Source: Hemiscyllium ocellatum (Eukaryota). Taken from it: a stretch of 64,000 bases of DNA. The position numbers and the translations under genes were made by a program. The notes under the pieces were generated by a model. The model made no database searches, was not told the origin of the DNA, and saw only the letters and a program-made list of their open reading frames with translations. The stretch covers positions 30,837,299 to 30,901,298 of the forward strand of contig NC_083436.1 of the NCBI RefSeq assembly GCF_020745735.1, read 5' to 3'. Shown one piece after another: positions 61,785 to 64,000 of the stretch (the first letter of the stretch is position 1; each line of letters opens with the position of its first letter).

Positions 61785-62003
61785 ATACAAAGTTAAAAAT
61801 CACACAACACCAGGTTATAGTCCAACAGGTTTAATTGGACGCACACTAGCTTTCAGAGCGATGCTCCTTCATCAGGTGATTGTCTGATGAAGGAGCATTG
61901 CTCCGAAAGCTAGTGTGCTTCCAATTAAACCTGTTGGACTATAACCTGGTGTTATGTGATTTTTAACTTTGTACACCCCAGTCCAACACCGGCATCTCCA
62001 AAT
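61785..62003. mobile_element. Penelope-derived fold-back element, family B, HHR cores on both strands
   Basis: 11-bp TSD CTTCACCAGTT at 61774-61784 and 62004-62014. Arms of about 90 bp. Minus-strand HHR at 61844-61878; plus-strand HHR at 61884-61915. Confidence 0.9.
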
Positions 62004-64000
62004 CTTCACCAGTTGTGCCCTCTACCACTGATGCACAGTGGTAAAAGTGATGCTAACAACAAGATGCACTGTAGTAATTCCACCTTCCAACATGGTGACC
62101 TCTACCACCTCAAGGAGCAAGGCCAGCAGATGTATGGGAACACCCACTCCACAAACTCTTCCACTCCCAGACACACACTATTTCATTGTTCCTTCCTTAT
62201 TGCTTGATCAACCCAGGAAAGATACCAATTGCTTAAAGGGGGTGTGTGGTTTTGACTGGTACAATAGAGACCTTTATGGACCAGCGGACCCTGCAGGAGC
62301 TGGTTGCATCATCACTCCTGACAACAAAGTTTTGATTTAATTTTTTTCAGGTTTCTTTTGCAGTTTTCTAAGTTTTTTTGTTGACTGATTTTATTTTTGT
62401 TACTGTGCCCCACTGGGGCTGTATGATCTGTTTCAGTTTATTTTGAAAAGGGTAGACCGTTGATTGAATATGGGACTACTCTAGTCCATATGCTTCATCA
62501 CCTTGTAGCAGGATATCAGAACTTCCTCCAGCCTTTCTGATATCTCCAAGGTCCTCCAATTCTGTTCCATTTGCAGTGTTCTACCTTTGGTGATAGATTG
62601 TTCAACTACCAAGACCCTAAATTTCAGAATCCCCTCCTCGAACCACTTCACCATCCACGCTTCCCTCATTCTTTAGGTTGCTCCTACAAAATCTACTTTT
62701 ACTAAACTTTTGGTCATCTGTCCTGATGTCACATGGTGTGGAGCTGTATTAAAATGTTAGTCTGATCTCCTGCGAAGGTCCTTGTGATGTTTTTCATATG
62801 TCAAAGGTGCTATATCAGTGTAAGTCGTTATCAGTGAGATGCTTTTAATCACTGAGGTATCGGGTGGACCAAGGAAAGGCTCCTACCTTTTGTAAATAAG
62901 TAAAGTTGCCATAGTCCTACTGGACCATAGGGCTTGTCTCTTTAGAAATAGACAGCTGGTAGAGTGAAACATGACGGTCATCATGCAAAGGGAGAGGTTG
63001 AGAAAAAGAGTCCTTCATGGTAACCACAGTCAGTGTGGGGGTAGAACCCACACTGTTAGCATTATTCTGCATTGTCATCCAGCCAACTGAGCTAGTGACT
63101 TTTCTTTTGCTTCTATTGCATTGTGGTGTACACCCACACACATTGCTTCTAACAGGAACCATCTACTAAAACAAATGAGAGAGATTTCTAGATGAGGTAT
63201 GCATATGTGTAATTATCAACCCTTGATCTTCAGAGTGAATAGTTCAGACGAGAACAGCCTTCCTGAACAGGTCGTCTGCATTTTAGTTGGAAGTTCACAG
63301 TCAGTGAATATACACAAATAAAGAGAAATCTACCATTTCTAAAAAAAAAGCATGTTAAAATTGAAAATATAAAGGTTGGTTGTAGGTAAAATAATATTTT
63401 AACCAAGCTGATGAATAGTTAAGATTAACACCTGATTGTTGCAGTATGGTAATGGATCAGATCTATTAGCTTGTTACGCAAGATTTGTTTAAAGAGACTA
63501 TTACGCAGTCATTTAATCAATTTGTTATACTGAAGGTCGTGACTTTCTAGACACTTGCAGTATGCCTGTTCAGTGGCTGTCAGACCTGCCTTAATAAAGT
63601 TAACACATGCTGTGTTTTATTCTCAATGTTTAAAATTCTCTCACAGTGCAATGCTTCATCTGATTAAGGTTTTATTCTTTGCCCTTCTATCAAAATTGGT
63701 CACTTCCGTCATGGTTGTGGAGAAAGAGTATTTTTCTCCTTTATAGCATCATAAATTTAATATGGATCATTAACTCCTGATACACATGCATGTCCTGACA
63801 AATGTAGTCAATGAATAATGCACATAATGTGCTTGTGCTCAAATACATCACATCATAGTGAATGCACTAAACAAATATCATCTTTAACATTGATTATCTG
63901 TATATGAAGAAACATTCATGCCAGTTGTTAAAGTATTCAGGGTAATACATAAGACCAATGTCCCTTAGATATGAGTTGCTTTAATTACAAATGAATACAG

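Noticed and set aside
1-64000. CRISPR arrays, rRNA genes or prokaryotic systems
   Set aside because: This is vertebrate DNA, and no regularly spaced repeat-spacer array or rRNA similarity was seen.

Overview
This is vertebrate genomic DNA, almost certainly from a shark, judging by its HE1/V-SINE, HER1/CR1 and Penelope repeat families. The only protein-coding gene is NKX6-1, on the + strand, with 3 coding exons (12202-12814, 13282-13454, 14741-14983) giving 342 aa. It lies in a CpG-rich domain of about 18 kb whose central ~11 kb is nearly free of transposons, and is followed by a repeat-rich gene desert with several candidate enhancers. The most striking unannotated signal is about 20 short Penelope-like retroelement insertions from at least 4 sequence families. 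Many are fold-back palindromes with 11-16 bp target-site duplications (TSDs), and they carry minimal hammerhead ribozyme (HHR) motifs (CUGA[U/A]GA - stem II - GAAA - palindromic tetramer - NUH). One insertion (41390-41771) has two intact HHRs in tandem, 216 nt apart, a retrozyme-like layout. One (20603-20821) has intact HHR cores on both strands. There is also a 1.47 kb tandem duplication at 20962-23898. All coordinates were read by eye, so repeat edges without a TSD are approximate.
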